Shown here: positions 54,212-64,000 of the stretch, one piece after another
Layout: each line of letters starts with the position of its first letter
Numbering within the stretch: position 1 is the first letter of the stretch
Assembly: GCA_904063045.1 (NCBI GenBank)
Contig: CAJFCJ010000025.1
Location: forward strand, 682,001 to 746,000
DNA: 64,000 nt
Direction: 5' to 3'
From: Dimorphilus gyrociliatus
Taxonomy: Eukaryota > Animalia > Annelida
Translations under genes and position numbers: made by a program
The notes under the pieces: model-generated
The model's database searches: none
Seen by the model: only the letters and a program-made list of their open reading frames with translations
Told to the model about the DNA's origin: nothing

Positions 54212-56771
54212 TCACTTTAAAAATGCCGGATGCATAAGTCCCGCTTGCGCTGCTGTTTGTTTACTTGTTGACGGCATCAGCAAAACCATTGCTCTATGTG
54301 TATGAGGAAATAGTTGTGTATAATTCGGCAGTGGGACATAAGCGGCGGTAACCATTCTTCCTCCAAACCAACGGCCGTGTAGAGCATTCACACTAGCAAC
54401 AGCGCTTGCTATTGAAGGACATTTCACGTAAACATTTCCTTGTGGACTAGCTTTATCAACATAGACGTGAACACATCCGCCATGCTTGTTACACTCAGTA
54501 ATGACATCATCTTTTATTTCTGTTTCCCAGTCTCCACTTTTATCAGAATTAGTATCAAACATGTTTGATAACATAAAACATTGTGTCGCTATCGGCGGGG
54601 TTGTGACAGCCTGCTGTAGGGCTTGTTGATGTTGTTCCTGCGGACGTAAAATACGCTGATGAATTAGAGCATTCCAGATTTCTAGAAACTTACTCTCATA
54701 TTCTGATTTACCTGAACACTAAGCGCTGAGGCAGCAGGCTTTGGTAATTGAAAACCTGTTCCCTCAGCTAGTTTGGCCATAAGCTGAAGTCTACCAGTTG
54801 CCCCTAAATCTATACCTGCCCTATCCATTTCATCTGTATCAATCATGCTACCAATACCATCCATTTTTTCAGTTACATGATTTACTTTCATAGGTCGCCC
54901 AGCAATTTCAAAGCCGTTCAGCTGCTCCATTGCCTTTTTAGCATCTTCACTTCTAATAAATGTAACGAAACCGAACCCTTTTGATCGACTTGTTTCTGGA
55001 TCCAATACTAGGTTTATGTGTTCAATCTAAATTGAAAAAAAAACAAAACAAATTTAGAAAAGGTTTTACATAATTTTTACATAGTCACTAATATTTTACT
55101 CGACGAAATACTAATTATCAACTTGTATCCAATTACCAATGGTATGGCTAATGCTCAATTAAAACAAATGAACTATGAAGTTTCTTCAATAGCTGATATA
55201 AAGATTTTGAATATGAAGATGTACGGAAGAGGATATAAACTAAGACACTTACTTTGCCAAAGGGTTCAAAAATTCCTCTTAGCATATCTTCTGTTATATT
55301 GAAATGCAAAGATCCAACATACAGTCTCATTGGGCCCTGTGACGCTCGTGCAGTTTCTGCCTCAATTTGTGCAGCTTGTTGAGCAGCTCTATTTTTCTCA
55401 GCTTGAGAGACTTGAACAATTATTGGAACACCAAGTAGCTTTTGACCATTCAAACCTAAGGCTAAATTCACAGAACTGGTTTCCTCAAATTCGACGTAAG
55501 CGATACCTTTTGATCTGTAAAAATGATTAATTGTGCTTTATTGTGCTTTTGTTTTAGAAAAATTTTATGATAAAGTATACCGTCCGGTCCTGCCATCAGC
55601 AATTAGGCGAACATCGTAAACTCTCCCAACAGAGCTGAAAAATTCTTCTAAGTCTCTTGGGCGAATTCTCTGAGAGAGTTGCATACAAAATACAGTTCTA
55701 GCATCACGTTCTTCTGGGGAATATTCATAATTTCTGGGTCTCTCACGAGGTGGCGATCTACGACGGGGTGACCTTCTCTTCTCTCGACTCCTTGAACGTC
55801 TTCGTCTGTCTCTATCCTTTTCTCGTTCTCTTTCTCTGCCTTTTTCTCGATGTCGGTCTTTACTTCTAGACCTTCTCTTACGATCTTTGCTTCGACTTCT
55901 GCTTTTTCTGTTTAATTAGAGAGAACTCTTTTAAAATAGAAAAAAAAAAAAACATTATGCAAACCTCTTAGTTCGGTCCCTGTCTCTTTCTCGTTCACGA
56001 TCTCTGTCCCTGTCGCGATCTCTGCTAGAAGCTCTATGCCCATTCGATTCCTGCATTTCGTATTAAACGGTTCACGTAGATCAGCAACACATGCCGAAAG
56101 TTTCGGGCGTGGCCGCCAAATTGAACAACACATTTTAGTAAAGATAGTAAACAAAGATTTGTTTACATATATAAAATAAATAATAAAGAAATCTATTAAA
56201 AAAGGCGCAAAATGGCGGCAGGCCCCGGATTGATCATTACCTCATCACGATCGTTTTACATTCATCCTCTTCTTGACTACTGTATAGATTAGTATTACCA
56301 TATAATTGCAATCTTTTTGTTTAATTATTTAAATACAAGTTTTTTCTTTTTATATTATATAAAATTTACGCACAAAATGTTGGTACCTTTCGCCTGCTGC
56401 CCACAATATGGTCTTTGTAAACGATCTGAGGGCGACAATATTCAGAGTAGACTCTTAGTTTGTCACACTATATTTTACATTAAAGATTATATATTAACAT
56501 TTTCTTAAAATACAAGCCATAAATCTGAAATTTTCTTCATGAACTTTGAATATACATAATTATAAGTAATGACTATACTTTAAAAATTAAAAGCATAGTC
56601 ATTAGAATAATGATTTAGATTTGTATAATAAAAATCCATGATACAGATTATATTCAAGCACATTTTGATATCAACGCCATTTCATTTTAACTTGCGGTTT
56701 TTGACTTAAATACTGACCTCTTTTTTGTAAGGAGCCTCAAGCATCGCTTCTACGTCGAAATCATCAGCCAT
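54212..56771 (-). CDS. RBM39: RNA-binding protein 39/CAPER (RS domain, two RRMs, UHM; about 495 aa)
   Basis: Exons 56771-56718, 56050-55965, 55907-55581, 55514-55253, 55026-54712 and 54655-54212 (1488 nt). MADDFDVEAMLEAPYKK, ERDARTVFCMQL, RSKGIAYVEF, RLYVGSLHFNITEDMLRGIFEPFG and a UHM with ATQCFMLSNMF...ALHGRWFGG. Confidence 0.96.
56241..56279 (-). other. Candidate 39-nt stop-containing (poison) cassette exon in RBM39 intron 1
   Basis: Minus strand reads TACTAATCTATACAG|TAGTCAAGAAGAGGATGAATGTAAAACGATCGTGATGAG|GTAATG: a branch-point-like TACTAAT, an AG acceptor, in-frame TAG, TGA and TAA, and a GAG/GTAATG donor. Confidence 0.5.
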
Positions 56772-58325
56772 TTTTTCCCTGTTAATCAAAAAATTTCAAG
56801 TTTCAAGAAAACAACTTTAGCTGTATAAAACAAGATGGCGGATGTCTGCTATAACGTAAAACGATAATCGATTTTAATCGATTACAATTATATCGCTTCA
56901 GATGTAGGAAATTCACCGTAATTAAAAGACATTCTGTGTATATTGACGAACAGATTACTATTTAAGTAGATTACCCCCAAAAAATTAGATAGCTATTGGG
57001 TGCTGCTTTGCAACCAATTGTTACTCGTTACTCTTTTTTGGATATAACTATGATTATTTATATTCCGAAGTTAAGATCATCGAAATAAACTAGCTTTATG
57101 CGGAAAAATGAACAAAATAGAAAACACGATTTTATCAATAGTTTTTTAAATAATATATAAAGTATTTTCTGACACTTGTTAATGTTTAGGTGAAGGGAAT
57201 TATAAAAATTGAACATTAATTGCGATTTGACAAAGATCACATGTTATCGATTAACTTCGGGAAGGCGTGAATTTTGAATCGATTATCATTTTCTCGTTCA
57301 TAATCCAGGGAAATCAATTTATCATGTCACATACTAGTCTAAGAGTACTTGCAAACGCAATACAATCTTACCTTTATTATATTTTTGAATTTCTCAATTA
57401 AAAATTACGACTAAAGGAATGTTGCAGCAGTCGGAGTCAGGATATCACCGTAAATCAAACGTCTGGCGAACAAAAATGGCTTCCGATCAGTTATTTTCGT
57501 AAATAAAAAGGAAATGTAATTTACATATTTAAGCAACATATCGAAATAAGATGTATTAAAACATAATAAATGAAAAAGAGAGGGAAAATGAGGATGGATA
57601 TTTTTTTATTAATTAATAGGAGTGATATTTGAAATAGACGAATCAACAACGTTCACTATTCAATGTAGATATTCAAGAACTGTGTTTTTTATTATCTATT
57701 TATAAAGTTATAAGCATTCATAGAAAGATCTGTTAAACTCGAAATGAAATAGTATTTTAACTATATTTTATTTTACAACATTTTTCATTTACATCAGTGA
57801 TAAATAGAGCAAATTATTCAATAAATGAAACAAAGAATAAAACAATTGACTTTACATAGTATGAGAAAAAAAATGTTTTCTGAACTTTGAACTGCTAACT
57901 GGCCAATTAATAGTTTATTCAAGTCGCTTAAGAAAAACAAGTAGTATTTTATATAAATAGTAAAAAAAATGAAAAGATTCAATTTGTAATAGAAAATTTT
58001 ACTGTTTTATCAGTAGAACACTCTTTTAGAACAGTTTGATAGAAAAAGAATCCCTGTATAATCTCTATAGAACTTCTTTTTATACAGTATATAATAAATA
58101 TATGCATGTATATATATATATACATATATTTAATTATTTCTATATACCTTCTTTTCTTTCACCATAATAACAATTGAAGAAAATTTATTTCGACTCAACA
58201 GACTAAAAGACGTACAAAAATGATTCACTAAAAAAAAGGCAAACTGTATAAAAAAAAGGAAAAAAAACGAACTAACTCTAAAATTAGTTCACAAATAAGT
58301 CTCATTCTCTTGTTAGTTAAGTATT

Positions 58326-59367
58326 CTATTTGGCTGAGCAGTTGACTAAATGACTCTGTAGAGAGCTGTCTCTTTTGAAAGAATCACCGCAATGTGAACA
58401 CGTATAAGGGGAAGAATGCTTGATTGAGTGTTTTGATTTTTGATGCCTTTCCAAAGGCGCTTTTAGTTTGAAAGATGCATCACAGTATTGACAAGAAAAA
58501 GGCTTGTAAGAAGAATGAACCGTTCTTACATGCCTTATCATATTACCTCTCTGCTTAAAAGATGCTTTACAGAATTCACAAGCATAAGGTTTGGTAGTCG
58601 AATGAATAGTTAATTTATGCTTGTTGAGTGTTCCCGGTTCACTGAAAGAGGCGTTACAAAATTCACAACTAAATGTTAACTTGCCAGATGAATGTTCGAT
58701 TTTTTTGTGCAGGTTTAAGCTGGTACGATACTTAAAGCACGTCTTACATATTCCACACGAGAATGATTTTTTTGACCCCTTCTTAATGCCCCTTTTACTT
58801 AAATGGGAGTGCATTGAAACAGTTGTAAGTCTTTCCTTTTCCCACTGATTAGTGTTCATATCGTTCTAAAAGAGAGAAAAATATAGTCAGAGTCTATAAA
58901 TGACGAGATAAAGGAATAATCTTTCAAATTACCTGCTGAAGCGGGAAGGAAGTCATTGTTAATGTTGCTAAATCTAATTTGTTTTCTTCATCACTATGAT
59001 TGGTCGATTCTTCTTTATCAAAAGCAACTTCTTCCGGGGATATAACGACAATTTCTAAATTTTCTTCGCTTACTTTAGTTGGCCCTGTAACCGTTTTTTC
59101 GCTTGTCGCTTCAACTTCTTCAACTTCTTTTGCTGTATTATCGCTCTCTACGAACTCATCTAGTACGTCGCAGAAATACGGTTCCGCTCTTTTTTCATCT
59201 TTCAAAATATCTTCGTTGATATGAATTAAAAAGTTTTCTCCTTCCGATAAAACCACACCAATTACGCCATTGATTGAAAATTTCTCTTCTGTATAGAACT
59301 CGTTCTTACACAATTGTCTAACTATTTCCGTCAGAGTTCTCTTGAATAGCTTCCTTTTTTCATTCAT
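58326..59367 (-). CDS. C2H2 zinc-finger protein with an uncharacterised N-terminal domain (about 324 aa)
   Basis: Exons 59367-58933 and 58865-58326 (phase 0). Four C2H2 fingers (e.g. CEFCKASFKQRGNMIRHVRTVH) plus a terminal C2HC finger. The first in-frame ATG used is at 59367. Confidence 0.85.
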
Positions 59368-60315
59368 TTTAACTATGAAATTCTTCCAAAAAGTTACTCT
59401 TGTACTATTTTTCCACTCAAAACTGATGTAAATAGAACAACCGGCCTGTATTAGGTTAAACACCGTGTGTACTATTACTAACAGTATTATTAGTATTGCC
59501 GAGGTCAAAAGGTTATTGGCGCCTTTCAGCGTTTAACCAGTTTAAAAAAACTCTCTAAAGTTTTTTGTTTAAATTACATGAAAAATTTACTTTAATGCAT
59601 AAATTAATTATTTTATTTATTTTTACAAATATTTTTCAATAATTTAAGAAAATAATTTTTTAGATTATTTCGTTTTTCTCACCTTTTTTTTACATAAACA
59701 AAACAGACCACTTCTATTTTGGAGCATTCTTTTATTTCGCGTATTAGTCCCAGATCATCACTCACTTTTCGTGTTTTTTTTCTCTAATTGCTTCTTCATC
59801 TTCACTTATAGTTTTCTCATCTATTCCCCTTTAAGAGATAGTTAACGCTTTATTAACTTATAACTTATACAAACTTGAAATAGTTAATAAACTAAGAGTT
59901 AATTCATTATTAATTGAACGTAAATGAAAAGGTTTATCACTATAGTACAAGTATTTAAAAGGAAATACTATACTATGACATTTTTCAGAGACAGAGTTCA
60001 GAAAAACGACTTGTCACTTTTCTTACGTTTAAATGCGATTCAGAGAAGAATTGTAGTAGGGTGAAATCTATTGTGTTAGCTTGAATTTCGAAAACTTTTT
60101 AGTCTAATTCTTGAACTTTGTACTATGGGAAGAAGAGAATATCATTGATATACTGGGTTTATTCAACAGAATACACACATTCATATATATACAGCACAAA
60201 TATAAATTTTACAATGTCGTAACATTGAGAAATATGATATTGTATTCTATTAATTGTCAAGAAGTTATCCTTGTACGTTGAAAATCTCTTCTCTGAGCCT
60301 GTAAACCCAAAAATA

Positions 60316-63300
60316 ATGAAAAATCCTTATTTAAAAGCGGGAATCGTATCAAAATACTTTTTTGAATGGATGTCGGTTTGGTACAAAACGAAGAAGAAAA
60401 TAGAATTAGAAGATTTGTACGACTGTATGGAAAGTGATAAATCTCAATTTTTAGCTTCAAATTTAACAAAACTTTGGATAGAAAGACACAAGAGAATACG
60501 TAGTAATAATAATCTTCTGTGGTGTTGCCTTCTACAATTTAAACTGATGATATTAGTTTTATTCTTTTTAGTATTGCTTGAGTTTAGTACCAAGTTGGCT
60601 TCTCCTTTTTTTCTTGCCAAAGTTATTGACTATTTGGAAAATTCTTCTACCTCTAAAACTGAAGCTTATCTATTCGCTTTAGGTATTGCGCTCACTTCTT
60701 TTGTTTCTAGTAATTGTAACGCTTTTGTCTATCATAATTTGTATTGGATCTCTTCTAAACTTAGATCAGCGACTAGTTCTATGATTTATCACAAGATACT
60801 CAAGTTGAACACTAAATCATGTAGAGTATTCACTTCGGGAAGAATAAACAATATGCTATCAACAGACGTTGAAAAATTTCAATTGGGCATTATGTTCTTA
60901 CCCGCCTGTTTAGCTTCACCTTTTCTCTTTTTGGCTTATGCAACTATACTCATTACTGAGGCTAAAGTAGCTGGCGTTGTTGGACTTGCATTGTCGTTAC
61001 TCATTAGTGTATCTCAGTCTTCTTCTAGTGTGATTACGAGTGTTTTAAGAAAGAAGGTTGCTTTATGGACAGACAAGAGAGCGCATGCTATAAAAGAGCT
61101 TATTGCCGGTGTGAGAATTGTGAAAATGTACGCTTGGGAGAAACCTTTTAAAGACAGGATCGAGGAGTTTAGATGTAAAGAAATGAATAAGATGTTCTTC
61201 AGCAATGTCTACAAAATGATAAATTATTCGCTATATCTTCTATCTGGAAAATTAGTCGCCTTTTCAATCATTCTAACTCATGTACTTCTGGGCAATGACC
61301 TTTCTATTAATTTCGCTTTTAAAATCATTTCGTGGACGGAAACATCCAAATTCTTATTCTTTATGTATGTACCACAGCATTTTATGCATTTTCACGAGCT
61401 TAGAGTGTCTTTAAGAAGAATAAACGAATTTCTAATAAGCGATGATAGGAAGGTTAATATAGAAAATTCCAAGACTAAAACCGATTCGGAATTGGCGATA
61501 AAATTAAAGAATGGAGTGGCTTCTTGGCAAATTAACTCTACCGATAATTACCAATTCACCCTAAGAAATTTAAATGCTAATATTCAAAAGGGAAGCCTCT
61601 CAATCGTTTTAGGAGTGGTTGGTTCAGGAAAGTCGACACTGCTTTCCGTTCTCCTTAACGAAATCAATTTAATAAATGGCTCTCTGGAGATTAGCGGTAG
61701 TATTTCCTATGCTGCTCAATTGCCGTGGATTCTTAATGATACAATTAAAGAAAATATCATATTTAATAGCGAGTTTGATAAAGAAAGATACAAACGAGTG
61801 TTGGAAGTTTGTTGTCTTTATCCTGATTTAGAACAGTTCGACAAAGAAGATAATACTCTCGTTGGAGAGAGAGGAATGTCTTTGAGCGGTGGGCAGAAAG
61901 CAAGGATAAGTCTGGCTAGAAGTATTTATAAAGATTCTGATATATATCTTTTTGATGATCCTCTCAGTGCAGTTGATCCCAAAGTTCGAGATTCGTTATT
62001 CTATAATTGTATTAAAACGTTTTTAAGAGGAAAGACGGTTATTTTAGTAACTCATCATCAAGATTACGTTAAAGACGCCGATCTAGTGTTTCTACTTGAC
62101 AATGGCAACTTTTCAACTGGTGACAAACAAAAAATAATAACCAATCTGGAAGACAAAGCTTCACATTTTCATAAAGACGATATAGAAAATCAACTTGACG
62201 ATAAGGAAAACGAGAGAGATAATATGTGGGAAGAAGATGTCTGCTTAGGGTCGGTTTCTTGGTCAGTTTATTGGAATTTTTTAAAAAGTGGTAGTCTATG
62301 GATATTTGGATTTTATTTCCTTCTATCAACTTGCACTCAAGCTACTCATAACTTTACAGACTTTTGGATAACGAGATGGTCGGAACTGTTTGATAATAAA
62401 TCAACAAATGCTTCAGTTGACGATACAAAACCAAATTCAAACTTTCATATAGCAGTTTATTGTTTGTCAAATGGAGTATCGTTAATAATGATATTTATAG
62501 CTTCTTTTCTGTTCTGTAGGGGACTTTATAGGGCTAGTAAAGACTTTCATCGTCAAATGCTCTTTCGAGTATTGAGAGCTCCAATATCGTTCTTTGATTC
62601 AACTCCTATCGGTATCATTCTTAACAGATTTACAAGAGATACCGGTTTTATGGACGATTTGCTGTTGGTTGTTAGTGCCGATACACTACTATTAGGATTT
62701 TTACTTTCTGGAACGTTTGCTACTGTTTGTATCTTGAATCCATTCACCCTTACAGCCATTCTGCCGCTCCTATTTCTTGCGGTATACTACCGGCAATATT
62801 CTTTGCCTAAGACAAGAGAGTTTAAGAGATTAGACGCTCTTGCGAGATCACCGGTATATACTCACGTTTCAGAGACAATCGATGGTATTCAAACAATACG
62901 ATCGTTCAATATGGAAAAGAAGTTTACTGATAAATTTCATGCGTTTCAAGATAGGCAATCAGTCGCGTGGTTTCTCTATATCTCATCCCACAGATGGTTG
63001 GGTAGGAGACTAGATACAATGATAGTGATATTTATTTCTATTACCGCTTTTGTAACTGTTGCCGTTAAGGGCTACTTAGATGCAAAGCTATTGGGTTTAT
63101 CGCTTACTTATTGTGCAACCTTGCTATTCGAAATGCAGTATTTTATAAGACAAACAGGAGAAGTTGAAAACTTGATGGTATCAGTAGAAAGAATTCTCAA
63201 GTTCAGATGCCTAGAAGAGGAGAAAATCGATGGCGATGAGAGTCCAATTTGTGAAGACTGTTCATTTTGGCCAAATTGTGGAAATATTAAATTTGATTCA

Positions 63301-64000
63301 GTATCCTTATCGTATAAACAGGACAATCAGCCAGTTCTTAAAAATTTGACCTTTGAAGTGAAAAAGGGTGAGAAAATTGGTATTATCGGTAGGACTGGGG
63401 CGGGTAAATCGTCTTTATTCACTGCAATTCTACGTCTAACCGAACCTGATGGAAGAATATATATAGATGGTAAAGAAATCAAGTCGATTTCCTTAGCAGC
63501 ACTTAGACAGGCTATATCGGTCATTCCGCAAGATCCAGTTCTCTTTAGTGGAACCCTTCGATATAATTTAGATCCGTCGAATGAATTTTCCGATGAGGAA
63601 ATTTTTAAAACTTTAAAACAAGTTCAATTAGATAAGAAAATTGAGAAAAATCCAAAAGGGTTATCGTTAGAAGTTTCCGAATCGGGCTTAAATTTTAGCG
63701 TTGGCGAAAGGCAGCTGATTTGTTTGGCAAGAGCTCTACTTAAAGATAATAGAATAATCTTAATTGACGAAGCAACTGCAAACGTCGACAATTATACAGA
63801 TCAACTAATTCAAAGAGCGATAAGGAATGAATTTTCAATGTGTACTGTATTAACCATAGCTCATAGAATGAATACTATACTAGATTCAGACAAAATACTG
63901 ATTTTGGAAAATGGTCAAATACTAAATTACGATAGCCCAGAGACACTTTTATTGCGAAAAGATAATTTATTTGCTGATCTACTGCGATCTAGTGATCAGA
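60316..64000 (+). CDS. ABCC4: ABC transporter subfamily C, ABCC4/MRP4-like (no TMD0), intronless, truncated by the window end
   Basis: One reading frame from ATG 60316 (MKNPYLKAGIVSKYFFEWM). Checked in frame at GRINNMLSTDVEKF (60838), Walker A GVVGSGKST (about 61612), signature LSGGQKARISLAR (about 61882), NBD2 GRTGAGKSS (about 63388) and FSVGERQLICLARALL (about 63694). It is missing from the ORF track because no stop occurs before base 64000. Confidence 0.92.
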   Translation, partial: MKNPYLKAGIVSKYFFEWMSVWYKTKKKIELEDLYDCMESDKSQFLASNLTKLWIERHKRIRSNNNLLWCCLLQFKLMILVLFFLVLLEFSTKLASPFFLAKVIDYLENSSTSKTEAYLFALGIALTSFVSSNCNAFVYHNLYWISSKLRSATSSMIYHKILKLNTKSCRVFTSGRINNMLSTDVEKFQLGIMFLPACLASPFLFLAYATILITEAKVAGVVGLALSLLISVSQSSSSVITSVLRKKVALWTDKRAHAIKELIAGVRIVKMYAWEKPFKDRIEEFRCKEMNKMFFSNVYKMINYSLYLLSGKLVAFSIILTHVLLGNDLSINFAFKIISWTETSKFLFFMYVPQHFMHFHELRVSLRRINEFLISDDRKVNIENSKTKTDSELAIKLKNGVASWQINSTDNYQFTLRNLNANIQKGSLSIVLGVVGSGKSTLLSVLLNEINLINGSLEISGSISYAAQLPWILNDTIKENIIFNSEFDKERYKRVLEVCCLYPDLEQFDKEDNTLVGERGMSLSGGQKARISLARSIYKDSDIYLFDDPLSAVDPKVRDSLFYNCIKTFLRGKTVILVTHHQDYVKDADLVFLLDNGNFSTGDKQKIITNLEDKASHFHKDDIENQLDDKENERDNMWEEDVCLGSVSWSVYWNFLKSGSLWIFGFYFLLSTCTQATHNFTDFWITRWSELFDNKSTNASVDDTKPNSNFHIAVYCLSNGVSLIMIFIASFLFCRGLYRASKDFHRQMLFRVLRAPISFFDSTPIGIILNRFTRDTGFMDDLLLVVSADTLLLGFLLSGTFATVCILNPFTLTAILPLLFLAVYYRQYSLPKTREFKRLDALARSPVYTHVSETIDGIQTIRSFNMEKKFTDKFHAFQDRQSVAWFLYISSHRWLGRRLDTMIVIFISITAFVTVAVKGYLDAKLLGLSLTYCATLLFEMQYFIRQTGEVENLMVSVERILKFRCLEEEKIDGDESPICEDCSFWPNCGNIKFDSVSLSYKQDNQPVLKNLTFEVKKGEKIGIIGRTGAGKSSLFTAILRLTEPDGRIYIDGKEIKSISLAALRQAISVIPQDPVLFSGTLRYNLDPSNEFSDEEIFKTLKQVQLDKKIEKNPKGLSLEVSESGLNFSVGERQLICLARALLKDNRIILIDEATANVDNYTDQLIQRAIRNEFSMCTVLTIAHRMNTILDSDKILILENGQILNYDSPETLLLRKDNLFADLLRSSDQ

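Noticed and set aside
59368-59508. Hydrophobic N-terminal extension of ORF 58924-59508 suggesting a membrane-anchored zinc-finger protein
   Set aside because: The extension depends on a non-ATG start. The first ATG is at 59367, just after a plausible acceptor, so the extension is probably UTR or intron.

Overview
AT-rich eukaryotic (invertebrate animal) genomic DNA with many short GT-AG introns (often 55-90 nt), dense (TA)n/(GA)n microsatellites and one 241-nt N gap (45363-45603). I reconstructed 17 protein-coding genes by hand-splicing exons with consistent phases: SLC6 glycine-transporter-like (+), extended-synaptotagmin/tricalbin-like SMP-C2 protein (-), PLOD lysyl hydroxylase (-), compact SENP6/7-like protease (+), SYT12 (+), FBXO22 (+), intronless CARD-only BCL10-like (+), YIPF1 (+), CRAL-TRIO-only MOSPD2-like (-), CYP4 (-), FZR1/Cdh1 (-), PSMA2 (+), HINT1 (+), NCOA6-like (+), RBM39 (-), a C2H2 zinc-finger gene with an unnamed N-terminal domain (-), and an intronless ABCC4-like transporter (+) that runs off the window end and is absent from the ORF track. 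The compact layout resembles small-genome lophotrochozoans such as dinophilid annelids, but this is only an impression. No tRNA, rRNA, CRISPR array or intact transposon was recognised. The most interesting signals are a candidate poison exon in the RBM39 intron that matches the human autoregulatory intron, a cluster of five TACGTG (HIF-type) elements in a PLOD intron, nine copies of an unrecognised P-P-[ED]-L-R-N repeat plus an HCF-1-binding motif in the NCOA6-like protein, the unnamed zinc-finger N-terminal domain, the intronless ABCC4 and BCL10 genes, and a non-canonical TR tail on Cdh1. All family assignments come from motif recognition, not from database searches.
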